NCBI GenBank assembly: GCA_965202985.1
Contig: CBDBCF010000001.1
Span: forward strand, 1,472,001 to 1,536,000
From: Longimicrobiales bacterium
GTDB lineage: Bacteria; Gemmatimonadota; Gemmatimonadetes; Longimicrobiales; Gaopeijiaceae
Reading direction: 5' to 3'
Length of the DNA: 64,000 nt
Shown: positions 50,316 through 60,498 of the stretch, in pieces
Layout: every line of letters begins with the position of its first letter
How positions within the stretch are numbered: the stretch's first letter is position 1
Made by a program: the position numbers and the translations under genes
Notes under the pieces: model-generated
What the model saw: only the letters and a program-made list of their open reading frames with translations
Database searches by the model: none
What the model was told of the DNA's origin: nothing

Positions 50316-52103
50316 TCAGGACTTGCGCGCGCCGGAGCCGGGCTTGTGCATCCCGGGCCCGGCCGCCATGGCCTTCTTCCTCTGCTTGGCGATCAGAACC
50401 TGTTGCGGAATCGTCGCTATGTTGACGATCGAGTAGTACAAGTTCAGACCCGACGCGAAGTTCCAGAATATGAAGGTCATCATCGGGGGCATGATGTACA
50501 TCAACATCTTCATCTGCGGATTGGCGGTGCCGGCCGCCTTAATGCTGATGAACTGCAAGAGAAACATGCTGGCGCCCAAGAACAGCGGCAACGCGTAGTA
50601 GGGGTCCGGGGCCGACAGGTCCGGCAACCACAAGAACGCCTCGCCCCTTAGCTCAATCGTGTTCTGAAAGACAAAGAACAACGCGATCAGGACCGGCCAC
50701 GGCAACAGCATCGGGAAGCACCCCGCCAGCGGATTGACGCCGTGCTCCTTGTACAACTTCAGCGTCTCTCTTTGCAGCCGTTCGCGATCGTCGGCGTACT
50801 TCTTTTGCAACTCCTGCAACAGCGGCGTCACCGCCATGCCCTTGACCTGGGCGCGCATCGACTTCTGGTAAAGCGGCCACATCAAGACGCGCATCAGCAA
50901 GCCGATGACGATCAGGACCCAGCCGTAGCTCAACAGCAGCGTCTCGTGCAAGAAGTTCATCAGCCAGATGACGATTCCGACGAAAGGCCGGACGATGGGG
51001 CGGAAGAAGCGCCAGCCGTAGGGGTTGACCTCTTCCAAGTCGTCGCCGGCGGCCACCAGCCGGTCGCGCTCCATGGGTCCCAGGTAGGTTCGGTACGCAT
51101 AGGCGCCCGCGGGCGAGACGGGCATGGCCACGCGCACCGCAGGCGCCGCTCCGGGCATCCCCGGGCGAACCGAGAGTCCCGCCAGGAAGTTGGGCGCTCC
51201 CGCCGCGTCGCCCCCGTCCTCGCCCCGGGGAAGCACTGCATGGAGGAAGAACTTGCTCTTGACGCCAGCCCACAACAGGGGTCCGTCGATCCGCTCGGGG
51301 CCATCCACGCGCTCCAGGGGTCGGGCCCGGATTCCGTCGTCCAGGCGGTTGCCCGAGAACGCCATCATGCGCCGGTCCTCCGCCGCCCGGAGTTCGTTGA
51401 CCGCCAAGCCGGGCGCCATGTCCAGCACCAAGGTCGTGCGGTCCGGCGCGGGAAGCTGCGGAAGCCGGCCGTCCACATGCACCATGTACGAGTCGGCGAA
51501 GAAGGTGTAGCGGACCTCGGCGAAGAACTGTCCGGAGGGGTGGTCGAAGCGGAAGACCAGGGTTGCGGAGTCGGGGCCGCCCTCGGCGTCGGCGTCGGCC
51601 CCCAGCCGAATCCCGTCGGCCGGCGTCACCGAGAAGGGGAACCGCGACAGCGACACGGTGTCGGCACCGGTCCCGTAGGCCCAGAGACCGCCCAGCACGC
51701 GCCGGGCGTCGGGCGGCATCAGCTGCACCACCCCGTCTCGGGCGAAGGAGCGGTACTCGAAGAGCTCCACCGACCGCACCGTGGCGCCGTAGTTGGAGAA
51801 CTCGAGCCGGAAGAGCGGCGTTTCGACCCGCACCAAGCGCTCGGCGACCGAGTCGGCGGTCTCGGCCGGCTCGGCGGCCGCTTCGGCGCCGGGGCGACCC
51901 TCGACTCCGTTCAAGGGAAACGCGCCCGAGGCGTCTTCGCCGGCGGCCGGAACCTCTCCGGATTCGCCCGCTTCGCCCAGCTCGGCCGCGCCCTCCGGGG
52001 CGGGCGGCTCCGGCGGAGACGGGAAGAGCAGGTTCGTGCCGACGATGACGCCCATCATGAGCGTCACCGCAAGCAGCAACCGTCGGATCTCCGGTCCTGT
52101 CAC
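50316..52103 (-). CDS. yidC: Membrane protein insertase
   Basis: YKEHGVNPLAGCFPML, FLWLPDLSAPDPYY, SGLNLYY. Confidence 0.95.
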   Translation of the reverse strand: MTGPEIRRLLLAVTLMMGVIVGTNLLFPSPPEPPAPEGAAELGEAGESGEVPAAGEDASGAFPLNGVEGRPGAEAAAEPAETADSVAERLVRVETPLFRLEFSNYGATVRSVELFEYRSFARDGVVQLMPPDARRVLGGLWAYGTGADTVSLSRFPFSVTPADGIRLGADADAEGGPDSATLVFRFDHPSGQFFAEVRYTFFADSYMVHVDGRLPQLPAPDRTTLVLDMAPGLAVNELRAAEDRRMMAFSGNRLDDGIRARPLERVDGPERIDGPLLWAGVKSKFFLHAVLPRGEDGGDAAGAPNFLAGLSVRPGMPGAAPAVRVAMPVSPAGAYAYRTYLGPMERDRLVAAGDDLEEVNPYGWRFFRPIVRPFVGIVIWLMNFLHETLLLSYGWVLIVIGLLMRVLMWPLYQKSMRAQVKGMAVTPLLQELQKKYADDRERLQRETLKLYKEHGVNPLAGCFPMLLPWPVLIALFFVFQNTIELRGEAFLWLPDLSAPDPYYALPLFLGASMFLLQFISIKAAGTANPQMKMLMYIMPPMMTFIFWNFASGLNLYYSIVNIATIPQQVLIAKQRKKAMAAGPGMHKPGSGARKS

Positions 52104-52348
52104 GCCGCCTCCCTTCGTTCGGCGTTCGCCGGCCTGGCGGGTACCGGATCAAAGCCTGCGCCGCCCCAAGGGTGGCACCGGGCCAGACGCTTGATGCTCA
52201 GCCAGCCGCCCCTTCCCGGGCCGTGGCGCCGGATCGCCCGCACCGCGTACTCCGAGCACGTGGGCTGAAACCGGCAGACGCCGGGCATCCTGACGGACAC
52301 CCACTGCTGGTACAGCCGGATCATCGCCGTCAACGCCGTCTTGAGCAC
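52100..52348 (-). CDS. yidD: Membrane protein insertion efficiency factor
   Basis: CRFQPTCSEY, RCHPWGGAGFDPVP. Confidence 0.95.
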   Translation of the reverse strand: MLKTALTAMIRLYQQWVSVRMPGVCRFQPTCSEYAVRAIRRHGPGRGGWLSIKRLARCHPWGGAGFDPVPARPANAERREAA

Positions 52349-52722
52349 GCCCCCTCCACCACGGCCATCACTTCCGCTTCCAGCTGTCCATACGAGGCCC
52401 GGTACGCCGGTGTTCTGGCGCGGACCAGCACGTCGGCCGCCAGCCCCGCCTGGCGCAGGCGAACCAGCACCCGGCGCCGGCCGATCTCCCGCAACCGTCG
52501 CTTCAGGCGGTTCCGCTCGACGATCCGCCGGCCCAGCTTGGGCACCACCCAGCCGACCCGCGCCCGGTCGCCGCCCGAATCCAGCACGAGAACCTCCAGG
52601 GAGGCCGTCCGGGTTCGGCGTCCCCGGCGGAAGAGGGCGCCGATGTCGCGACGGCGCCGGAGCCGGGCCGAACGGGGTAGGCGCTCGGTCTCGGGGGGCG
52701 CTCCCGAGCTGGCGGAGTTCAC
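52330..52722 (-). CDS. rnpA: Ribonuclease P protein component
   Basis: RVGWVVPK, VERNRLKRRLRE; position next to rpmH. Confidence 0.92.
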   Translation of the reverse strand: MNSASSGAPPETERLPRSARLRRRRDIGALFRRGRRTRTASLEVLVLDSGGDRARVGWVVPKLGRRIVERNRLKRRLREIGRRRVLVRLRQAGLAADVLVRARTPAYRASYGQLEAEVMAVVEGACSRRR

Positions 52723-52730
52723 GCGGGAGC

Positions 52731-52889
52731 TTACCGGGCGTACTTGGATCCGGTCCGGACTGAGAGCGTCTTGCGGCCCCGGCGGCGGCGGCGGTTGAGC
52801 GTCTTGCGGCCCGCCCGCGTGCCCATGCGGGCCCGGAAGCCGTGCTTGTTCAACCGCTTGCGGTTCCGCGGCCTGTAGGTCGGTTTCAT
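52731..52889 (-). CDS. rpmH: 50S ribosomal protein L34
   Basis: Hand translation [52 protein letters not shown]. Confidence 0.96.
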   Translation of the reverse strand: MKPTYRPRNRKRLNKHGFRARMGTRAGRKTLNRRRRRGRKTLSVRTGSKYAR

Positions 52890-52939
52890 TCTTCCGCGCA
52901 CCTGCACCTAGTGAGAAGTCGAAGCGTGTCCAGCCGTGG

Positions 52940-52969
52940 AAGGTAGCCGCTCGCCGACACCGAGGTCAA
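52940..52969 (-). promoter_or_regulatory. rpmH promoter
   Basis: TTGACC-18 nt-TACCTT on the minus strand. Confidence 0.6.
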
Positions 52970-53002
52970 GCCGGGAACCTCCGCTCGTCTTGGCCGCCCT
53001 CC

Positions 53003-54490
53003 TTGCCCTCTCCCCGGCTGATTGACTTCCGGCAGGCGCACGGGTACCTTGCCGCCCCTTCCTCAACCCAACCGGCGGGCAGACCACTGGGCGCGAACGA
53101 ACTCTGGGATCGGATCATCGAGCACGCCAGAACGGGCGTTACCGAGCACACCTACAACGCTTGGTTCTCCACGGCCAAGCCGCTGTCCTGGTCGGAGGGG
53201 ATCCTTCGCGTCGAGGTCCCCACGCAGTTCAACGCCGAGTGGCTGGAGGACAAGTACGGCTCGCTCCTCCAGGACTTGGGCACGCGGATAGCCGGCACCC
53301 CGATCGCGCTGCAGGTCGCCGTCAAAGGCGTGTCGCCCGGGCGCCAGCCGCCGGAGGTCACGCTGGAGTCGGTCTCGCCCCCGCCCTCTCCCGACGCCTC
53401 GCGGCAGGCCTCGTCTCCAGCGGCGCCTCCCGCCCCCACCCCCAGCCTCAACGCCCGCTACACTTTCGACCACTTCGTCGTGGGCGAGAACAACCGGCTG
53501 GCCCAGGCGGCCAGCATCGCCGTGGCGGAACAGCCGGGGCAGTCGTACAACCCGCTCTTCCTCCACGGACCCACGGGCCTGGGGAAGACCCACCTGATGC
53601 AGGCCATTGCCCACCGCATCCTGGACTCCGGGAGCGGCCCGGCCCGGATCTGCTACATCCCCGCCGAGCAGTTCATGAACGAGATGGTGGCCGCGATCCA
53701 GGAGAACAGGACCGACGCCTTCCGAGCCCGCTACCGATCCTACGAGCTCCTCTTGGTGGACGACGTGCAGTTTCTCCGGAAGAAGGAACACACGCAGGAA
53801 GAGTTCTTCCACACCTTCAACGCGCTCTACAACGGGGGCCGCCAGATCGTCCTCACCAGCGACCGGCGCCCCAAGGACCTCGAGGGGCTGGAAGAGCGCC
53901 TGGTATCGCGCTTCGAATGGGGCTTGGTGACCGACGTGAGCGCGCCCGACTACGAGACGAGGGTCGCCATCTTGCGGAAGAAAGCCCAGCAGGACCACGT
54001 GGAGCTTGACCCGGCGATCATCGACTTGGTTGCGCGTTGCTACCGCTCGTCGGTGCGCGAGCTGGAAGGAGCGGTCCTCAAGCTGCTGGCGTTCGGTTCG
54101 CTGACCCGCCAGGAGATCACGCTGGAGATGGCGCGAGCCACCCTGGCCGGATACGGCGATGGCCCGACGGCAAACGGAGACGGTCCGACCGACGGCCTGG
54201 AATCGCCCGAGGCCGTGCGCGACTGGGTGGCCGCCCAGTATGGCCTGTCCGGAGCCACCCTGGCGTCCAAGGGCCGAAGCCGAGAGATCAGCTTGGCGCG
54301 CCAAGTCGCCATGTACCTGATCAAGGAGGTGTTGGAGGTGCCGCTGGCCCGGATCGGAAAGGCGTTCGGCGGAAGAGACCACTCCACCGTCCTCTACTCC
54401 GTAAGGCAAGTCAAGCGGCGCATGGATGCGGAGCACGGCTCTCGGCAACGGCTCGAGGCAATGGAGCAGAAACTGCGGAGGTCGGCATGA
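53003..54490 (+). CDS. dnaA: Chromosomal replication initiator (true start possibly CTG 53087)
   Basis: YTFDHFVVG, YNPLFLHGPTGLGKTHL, DDVQFL, QEEFFHTFN, GGRDHSTV. Confidence 0.97.
   Translation: MPSPRLIDFRQAHGYLAAPSSTQPAGRPLGANELWDRIIEHARTGVTEHTYNAWFSTAKPLSWSEGILRVEVPTQFNAEWLEDKYGSLLQDLGTRIAGTPIALQVAVKGVSPGRQPPEVTLESVSPPPSPDASRQASSPAAPPAPTPSLNARYTFDHFVVGENNRLAQAASIAVAEQPGQSYNPLFLHGPTGLGKTHLMQAIAHRILDSGSGPARICYIPAEQFMNEMVAAIQENRTDAFRARYRSYELLLVDDVQFLRKKEHTQEEFFHTFNALYNGGRQIVLTSDRRPKDLEGLEERLVSRFEWGLVTDVSAPDYETRVAILRKKAQQDHVELDPAIIDLVARCYRSSVRELEGAVLKLLAFGSLTRQEITLEMARATLAGYGDGPTANGDGPTDGLESPEAVRDWVAAQYGLSGATLASKGRSREISLARQVAMYLIKEVLEVPLARIGKAFGGRDHSTVLYSVRQVKRRMDAEHGSRQRLEAMEQKLRRSA
53022..53050 (+). 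promoter_or_regulatory. dnaA promoter
   Basis: TTGACT-17 nt-TACCTT. Confidence 0.65.
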
Positions 54491-54797
54491 ACGCCTGCCA
54501 ATCCCGGCGCTTTGTAAACAACCGACTGTGGAAAACCCTGTTGAAAGTGTGGAAAATCACGCCTTCTCCACTTCGGCGTCTCGGGGCGGCGGCGTTTGCC
54601 GTGGAGTCCCGATCACGAACCGTGGAGAACTCGACCCCTTGGATTCTCCCGATTCGACAACGTTTCCTACAGCACTCGACCTGCTTTTCCACATTTCCAT
54701 GGCCCTCTATAATTACGAGAGCTTCTATCCTTAACCTGTTAGCACCAACCCGTCCGACGCTTCCGATCTTCGTTTCCCCCACGCTCCGAGGTGCTCC
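54491..54797. other. Replication origin oriC
   Basis: Lies between dnaA and dnaN; DnaA boxes TGTGGAAAA (54527-54535, 54548-54556), TTCTCCACT (54564-54572), CGTGGAGAA (54621-54629), TTTTCCACA (54685-54693), then an AT-rich stretch; gene orientation flips in this region. Confidence 0.88.
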
Positions 54798-55916
54798 ATG
54801 AAACTGACCATCACCCCCCAGAACCTGACCCGGGGGTTGAACGCCGTCACCGCAACGATCCCCACTCGGTCGTCGCTCCCAGTTCTCTCCAACGTCCTGC
54901 TGGAGGCGGACGGCGACGGCATGTCGGTGAGCGGAACCGACTTGGACGTGTCGGTGCGGATTCGGGTTCCCGCGGAGGTGACCGATCCGGGGTCCGTCAC
55001 CGTGCCCGGCAAGAAGTTCCAGGAACTGGCGCGCGAGCTTCCCGACCATCCGGTGAGCCTCGAGGCGAAGGGGGAGCAGCTCGAGGGATCGTGCGGGAGG
55101 AGCCGGTTCAAGCTCAACGGCCTTCCCAGCGAGGAGTTCCCCACCCTGCCCGAGGTCGACTTCGACGAAGGCTGGGCGGTCGTGAGCAGCGACCTGGACA
55201 AGCTGATCAGCGCCACGTCGTTCGCCGCGTCCACGGAAGAGAGCCGGCCGATCCTGAACGGAGTTCTGTGGGAGCTCAAGCCCGAAGAGATGGTCATGGT
55301 GGCAACCAACGGACACCGGTTGGCCAGGATGGCCGTGAAGACCGACCGACCGACGGCCTCGGACGCCATGGACGGCCTAATCGTCGCTCCCGCTGCGCTT
55401 GGACAAGCGCGCCGCCTGTTCGAGGAAGCCGACGAACTCCGCGTGGCCAAGAGCGGGAACCACCTGGGGTTCCGCTCCGTAGGGTCGGTGGACGCCCAGG
55501 TGTACACGAGGCTCATTGAGGGGAAGTACCCCAACTACGAGCAGGTGATCCCACGGGACAACGACAAGATCGCCACCGTGGAGCGGGAGGCGCTGTTGTC
55601 AGCGGTCCGGCGCATGGCCGTGGTCGCTGCCGACCCGCCGCACCGCGTTCGGCTCCGGTTCGAGGCCGACCGCCTGCTTCTGGACGTGCGAACTTCGGAC
55701 CTGGGCGAGGCCGAAGACGAGGTGGCCATGGAGTACCAAGGAGACCAGCAGGAGATCGGCTTCAACGCCCAGTACATGCTGGAGATCCTTCGGAACATGC
55801 CGGCAGGCAACGACGTGCGCTTCGAGTTCAAGACGGCGGAGCGCGCCGCCACGATGGAGCCGGTGGACGAGGAGGAGGACTACCTGTGTCTGATCATGCC
55901 GCTTCGGCTGGACTGA
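54798..55916 (+). CDS. dnaN: DNA polymerase III beta sliding clamp
   Basis: LPVLSNVLL, GTDLD, RPILNGV, ATNGHRLA, RLIEGKYPNY, LIMPLRL. Confidence 0.96.
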   Translation: MKLTITPQNLTRGLNAVTATIPTRSSLPVLSNVLLEADGDGMSVSGTDLDVSVRIRVPAEVTDPGSVTVPGKKFQELARELPDHPVSLEAKGEQLEGSCGRSRFKLNGLPSEEFPTLPEVDFDEGWAVVSSDLDKLISATSFAASTEESRPILNGVLWELKPEEMVMVATNGHRLARMAVKTDRPTASDAMDGLIVAPAALGQARRLFEEADELRVAKSGNHLGFRSVGSVDAQVYTRLIEGKYPNYEQVIPRDNDKIATVEREALLSAVRRMAVVAADPPHRVRLRFEADRLLLDVRTSDLGEAEDEVAMEYQGDQQEIGFNAQYMLEILRNMPAGNDVRFEFKTAERAATMEPVDEEEDYLCLIMPLRLD

Positions 55917-55921
55917 TTACG

Positions 55922-56473
55922 CTAGCCCGTTCGGAGAAGTTCCGCCGCGGTAAACACGGTTCGCAGCGCGTATCCGGCCTGGGCTGCGCGCTCGCGTCCC
56001 CCCTCCTCTCGATCCACAAGCGCCAGCATCCCCAGCACACGAGCCTCGGCGGCGACCACGGCCTCCGCCGCTCGCAACAGGCTCCCGCCCGAGGTCACCG
56101 TGTCGTCCACGACGACCACCTTGGCGCCCACCGGAAGGCCGCCCTCGATCCGCCGACCGGCCCCGTGCCCCTTTGCGTGCTTCCGCACCGTGAAGGCATT
56201 CAGCGAGCGCCCCAGGCGGGTGGCGTGGGCGGCCACCGCGTAGGCCACGGGATCGGCGCCCAGCGTGAGTCCGCCGACGTAATCTGGCTCCCAGCCGGCG
56301 GCGCGGATCGCTTCGTGGCCGGCCTCGCCCACCAGCAGGAGGCCGCGGCCCGTCATGGTCGTGGCGCGGGCGTCGATGTAGTACGAAGAGCGAGCGCCGC
56401 TGGCGAGGGTGAAGTCGCCGTGCCGAACGCTGCGCTCCCGGAGGAGGTCGCGAAGGGGCGAAAGAGCGTCCAC
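55922..56473 (-). CDS. pyrE: Orotate phosphoribosyltransferase
   Basis: GDFTLASG..S.YYID, VRK..K.HG, VVVVDDTVTSGGS. Confidence 0.93.
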   Translation of the reverse strand: MDALSPLRDLLRERSVRHGDFTLASGARSSYYIDARATTMTGRGLLLVGEAGHEAIRAAGWEPDYVGGLTLGADPVAYAVAAHATRLGRSLNAFTVRKHAKGHGAGRRIEGGLPVGAKVVVVDDTVTSGGSLLRAAEAVVAAEARVLGMLALVDREEGGRERAAQAGYALRTVFTAAELLRTG

Positions 56474-56533
56474 GGCGTGGGAAGATACTCCGCTCGGAGG
56501 GGCCGGCAAGGAGCAGGGGCCGGCAAGTGTGGG

Positions 56534-57544
56534 TTGGCGGTTGCTCGCGCGGCGGCCGTGCTGCTTTGCGGAGCGGCGGCGCAGGGTTGCGAAGCGGGCC
56601 CCGGCGGCTTCGGCACGCTCCGGTTCGGCCAGGTCGGCGAGGTGGAGGTCCGCGTGCGCGCACCGCTGAACGGGGGCGTCGGGTGGCAGGAGCAGTTGCT
56701 CACGTGGGAGTCCAGCGGGGCGTGGCGGCTGTACGAAGAGATCGGCTACCGGGAGGTCGTGGGCGAACAGAGCCTGACGCCCAACCCCGGCATCCCCGAG
56801 CTGTTCGCAACGGCGTACGCCTCGTTCATCGACGGGGTCAACACGAACGACGGCTGGAAGCTGTTCTTGGAGCCCGCCCTGCCGTCGCTTCCTGCCGAAC
56901 CGTGCGGCGTCGCCTCGACGGAAGTCGCGCTGGCGATCCGCGACCATCGCCGCGGCCAAGACGCTCAATGGGCGCGCTGCGTGGCGGGCACGTTGCGCTC
57001 TCTGCGACTGAGGCCCGACGAACGCGACGTGACCACCGCCCGAGTCGTCGAAGCGGCCACATACCTTCGCAACCTGACCGTGGGCGAGGGAGACGACGCC
57101 TACGCCTACGCGGGAAGCTGGCCGTTCGCCACGCTGGACAAGGGGGACGAGAGCGGATTGACCCTGGACAAGCCCCGCGTCTTTCGTTCGTCCGACGACC
57201 ACGCGAGCCGCCACGAGGCCCCAGCCGACTGGGAAGCGACGTGGCAGGCCCACGCGCGAGCCGACCGACCGCTTCCCGAAGTGGACTGGGCCACGGAAAT
57301 GGTGCTGCTGGGCACCGTCGGCCCAAGCCAGGAGAGCGGAGACACCGTCGAGGTGCGGCGCATCCTCTACCTGGGGGCGGAGAAGGGCACGCAGATCGAC
57401 TTCGTCCACCAAGTGCCGGGCGACTTCTGCGCTCCCGTGAGCCGCGTCCTGCATCCCTTCCACTTCGTCGTTGCGCCGCGGGCTCCGGCTCCCGTCTTCT
57501 TCGCCGACACCAGAGTAGAGCGAGTGCACTGCGGCGGTTCCTGA
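56534..57544 (+). CDS. Hypothetical lipoprotein (C-terminus PrcB-like)
   Basis: Lipobox AQGC; PEVDWATEMV..G, PG..C...PFHFV; start uncertain. Confidence 0.65.
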   Translation: MAVARAAAVLLCGAAAQGCEAGPGGFGTLRFGQVGEVEVRVRAPLNGGVGWQEQLLTWESSGAWRLYEEIGYREVVGEQSLTPNPGIPELFATAYASFIDGVNTNDGWKLFLEPALPSLPAEPCGVASTEVALAIRDHRRGQDAQWARCVAGTLRSLRLRPDERDVTTARVVEAATYLRNLTVGEGDDAYAYAGSWPFATLDKGDESGLTLDKPRVFRSSDDHASRHEAPADWEATWQAHARADRPLPEVDWATEMVLLGTVGPSQESGDTVEVRRILYLGAEKGTQIDFVHQVPGDFCAPVSRVLHPFHFVVAPRAPAPVFFADTRVERVHCGGS

Positions 57545-57552
57545 CCGGGCGA

Positions 57553-59082
57553 ATGACCCTCCGAAACCGGTTCGCGGTGCTGTTCATCGCCTTCTCGGTG
57601 ATCAGCGTTCTCGCGGGAGGGCTGGGGCTTGCGCGGACGACGGCCCGCCAGGCGCTGGAAGATGCGCTGGACCGCAAGCTCACGATCGTGGCGGGCTTGG
57701 CCGCGGAGCGGATCCGAGCCGACGACGTGCTCCTCTTCCAAGGCCGGGGCGATCAGTCCACGGAAATGTGGCGCAACTACCACCACGAACTGCTGCGCCT
57801 CGTCAACGACTACGTGGACGACGCGGACGTCTTCGCTTGGCGGCCCGGTGCTTCCTTCGCCGAGGCCCTGGTCACCGACGCGCTTCCCGACTCCACGCAC
57901 CCGGGACAACGCCTTCGATGGGTCGAACTCCACCTTCCGGTCGTGGAGCGGGCCTACCGCGACGGGCAGGCCACCACGGCGCTCCTTCTGGCGGACGACG
58001 GCCGGTACTTCAAGTACGGCATCGTCCGGCTCGAGTCCGACGCGGCTGCCGAGGCCGGTTCGACCCTGGACCAGCCCCGGCCCGAGCTCCGGCGAGCGTT
58101 CCTGGCCGTTCAGATGCCCGCCGACTATACGGAGCCGCTCAAGAGCCTGGATCGACGGATCATCGCCGTCTCCGTCGTCATGTCCGTGCTGGCAGGGCTG
58201 GTGGGGTGGCGGATCGCCGGATGGATCGTGGCGCGCTTGGCGGCACTCAGCCAAGCGGCCCTGCGCATCCAGAGGGGCCGGATGGACCAGCCGATCCAAG
58301 TGACCGGCGAGGACGAGATCAGCCGGCTTGCGCGCGCCATGGAGCGGATGCGGACAGGGATTCGGCGCAGAGACGAGCAGTTGCGGCTCATGCCGTCGCG
58401 GGTAGCCCACGAGATACGCAACCCGCTGGGCGGTCTGGAGCTCTTCGCGTCCGCGGCCCAAGAGACCGACGACCCGGCGGAGCGTCGCCGCATACTGGAC
58501 AAGGTTCGCAAGGAGATCGTGGGGCTCAACGCCATCGTTGAGGAGTTCCTGGGCTTTGCCCGCCCCAGCCTGGGCGAGCGCCACCTTCACGACGTGCGCG
58601 GGCCGGTGGAGGAGGCGGCCGAGCTGACCAGGGCCGAACTGGCCGAACGCGGAGGACGCCTGCACCTGGCCTTTCCGTCGAAACCGCTGCTGGCCCTGGC
58701 GGACCCCGCCCAGGTCAAGCGGTTGGTGCTGAACCTGCTCCGCAACGCATCGCAGGCGGGCGACACGGTGTGGGTGGAGGGCGCCATGGTCCGCGGCGAG
58801 GTGCGAATCGCGGTGCGCGACAACGGCCCCGGCATCGCCCCGGAGCTGCGCGACCGAATCTTCGAACCGTTCGTGAGCGACAAGGAGAAGGGCGCCGGGC
58901 TGGGGCTGGCGATCGTCAAGGACATCGCAGAGGCGTGCCACGGGCGGGTCGAGCTTGCCCAGCCCTCGCCGACCGACGCCGCGCCGCCGACCGGCGCCGA
59001 GTTTCGCGTATACTTGAGTGGTCCCGAGAGCTTGCCTGCCGACGAGGTCTCGCGGAACCCGAATGGGGAGGGCTGGCCATGA
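57553..59082 (+). CDS. HAMP-domain sensor histidine kinase
   Basis: Two TM segments, DEISRLA, AHEIRNPLGG, NLLRNA, DNGPGI, GAGLGL. Confidence 0.95.
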   Translation: MTLRNRFAVLFIAFSVISVLAGGLGLARTTARQALEDALDRKLTIVAGLAAERIRADDVLLFQGRGDQSTEMWRNYHHELLRLVNDYVDDADVFAWRPGASFAEALVTDALPDSTHPGQRLRWVELHLPVVERAYRDGQATTALLLADDGRYFKYGIVRLESDAAAEAGSTLDQPRPELRRAFLAVQMPADYTEPLKSLDRRIIAVSVVMSVLAGLVGWRIAGWIVARLAALSQAALRIQRGRMDQPIQVTGEDEISRLARAMERMRTGIRRRDEQLRLMPSRVAHEIRNPLGGLELFASAAQETDDPAERRRILDKVRKEIVGLNAIVEEFLGFARPSLGERHLHDVRGPVEEAAELTRAELAERGGRLHLAFPSKPLLALADPAQVKRLVLNLLRNASQAGDTVWVEGAMVRGEVRIAVRDNGPGIAPELRDRIFEPFVSDKEKGAGLGLAIVKDIAEACHGRVELAQPSPTDAAPPTGAEFRVYLSGPESLPADEVSRNPNGEGWP

Positions 59083-60494
59083 GCAGGCCGAAGCGAGTCT
59101 TGATCGTCGACGACCACGACGCGATGCGCGAGGGCCTGGAGCTGCTGATGCGCCGTCGCGGCCACTCCACCCTGTCCGCGGCAGGCGGCCGCGAGGGGCT
59201 GACGCTGCTGGAAGAGCAGGGCGCCGACCTGGTGGTCACCGACCTCAAGATGGCCAAGGTGAACGGCATGGACGTCCTGCGCGAAGCCAAGAAGATCGCG
59301 CCGGCAACGGACGTGCTCGTGATCACCGCCCACGGCACCGTGGAGACCGCCGTGGAGGCGATGAAGCTGGGGGCCTGCGACTTCATCTCGAAGCCGTTCT
59401 CGTCCGAGGAGTTCGGGATCAAGGTGGACCGAATCCTCAAGGACCGAGCGGCCCGCGACCGACTTCAACGGGAAAACTTGGCGCTGCGGGTGGAGAACAC
59501 CTACCTGCGGAGCGAGGCCGCGGACGCAGACGCCCCCTACGGCGAAATGGTGGGGCAGTCCGAGGGGATGCGGCGCGTGCAGCGGTTCGTGGAGCGCGTG
59601 GCCCGGTCCGACTCCACCGTCATGGTCTACGGCGAGTCGGGGACGGGGAAGGAGCTCGTGGCGCGGGCGATCCACGCGCGGTCGCGGCGCCACGACGGTC
59701 CGTTTGTTCGCGTGAACTGCGGCGCGCTGGCCGAGGGCGTCCTGGACTCGGAGCTGTTCGGACACGAACGCGGCGCCTTCACGGGGGCGGAGCGGCAACG
59801 CCGGGGGCGCTTCGAGCTGGCCGACGGCGGCACCCTCTTCCTGGACGAGATATCGACGGTCACGCCGGCCACCCAGGTCCGCCTCCTTCGCGTGCTGCAA
59901 GAGCGGGAGCTGGAGCGAGTCGGCGGCGAGAAGACGATCTCCGTGGATGTGCGGATCGTGGCCGCCACCAACACGCCGGCCGAAGAGCTGCTGTCGGGCG
60001 ACGACTTTCGCGACGACCTGTACTACCGGCTGCACGTGGTGCCCGTGACGGTGCCGCCTCTCCGTCAGCGCAAGGAGGACATCCGCCCGCTCGTGGCGCA
60101 CTTCGTCAAGAAGCTCCAAGCCAGGACGGGAAGCGCGGTGACGGAGGTGGACCCGGCGGCGGCAAACCGGCTGGAGGAGTACGACTGGCCCGGCAACGTG
60201 CGGCAACTCGAGAACGTCGTCGAGCGGGCCTTGGTCTTGGCTGAGGGCCCCGTGCTCCGGGAAGGCGATCTGCCGTTCCTGGCCGGCACCGGCGCGCCCG
60301 CGGCGGGGGTCAAGGGGGGCAGCGGGTTGCCCACCGGGGGCGTGGACCTGGACAAGACCGTCGACGGCGTGGAGGAGCGGCTGGTCCGCCAAGCGCTCAA
60401 GCAGGCGGGCGGCGTCAAGGCCGAGGCGGCTCGGTTGCTGGGGATCAACAAGAGCAACCTGTACTACAAGCTCAAGAAGTACGGGATCTCTTGA
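59079..60494 (+). CDS. Sigma-54-dependent response regulator (NtrC family)
   Basis: Receiver domain, GESGTGKE, GAFTGA, WPGNVRQL, Fis-type HTH. Confidence 0.95.
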   Translation: MSRPKRVLIVDDHDAMREGLELLMRRRGHSTLSAAGGREGLTLLEEQGADLVVTDLKMAKVNGMDVLREAKKIAPATDVLVITAHGTVETAVEAMKLGACDFISKPFSSEEFGIKVDRILKDRAARDRLQRENLALRVENTYLRSEAADADAPYGEMVGQSEGMRRVQRFVERVARSDSTVMVYGESGTGKELVARAIHARSRRHDGPFVRVNCGALAEGVLDSELFGHERGAFTGAERQRRGRFELADGGTLFLDEISTVTPATQVRLLRVLQERELERVGGEKTISVDVRIVAATNTPAEELLSGDDFRDDLYYRLHVVPVTVPPLRQRKEDIRPLVAHFVKKLQARTGSAVTEVDPAAANRLEEYDWPGNVRQLENVVERALVLAEGPVLREGDLPFLAGTGAPAAGVKGGSGLPTGGVDLDKTVDGVEERLVRQALKQAGGVKAEAARLLGINKSNLYYKLKKYGIS

Positions 60495-60498
60495 GACG

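Noticed and set aside
47027..50425. Very long antisense/alternate-frame ORFs (e.g. 1132 aa here, 1058 aa at 14454-17630, 944 aa at 42513-45347)
   Set aside because: Shadows of real genes caused by high GC and stop-codon scarcity; Arg/Pro/Gly-rich with no motifs.
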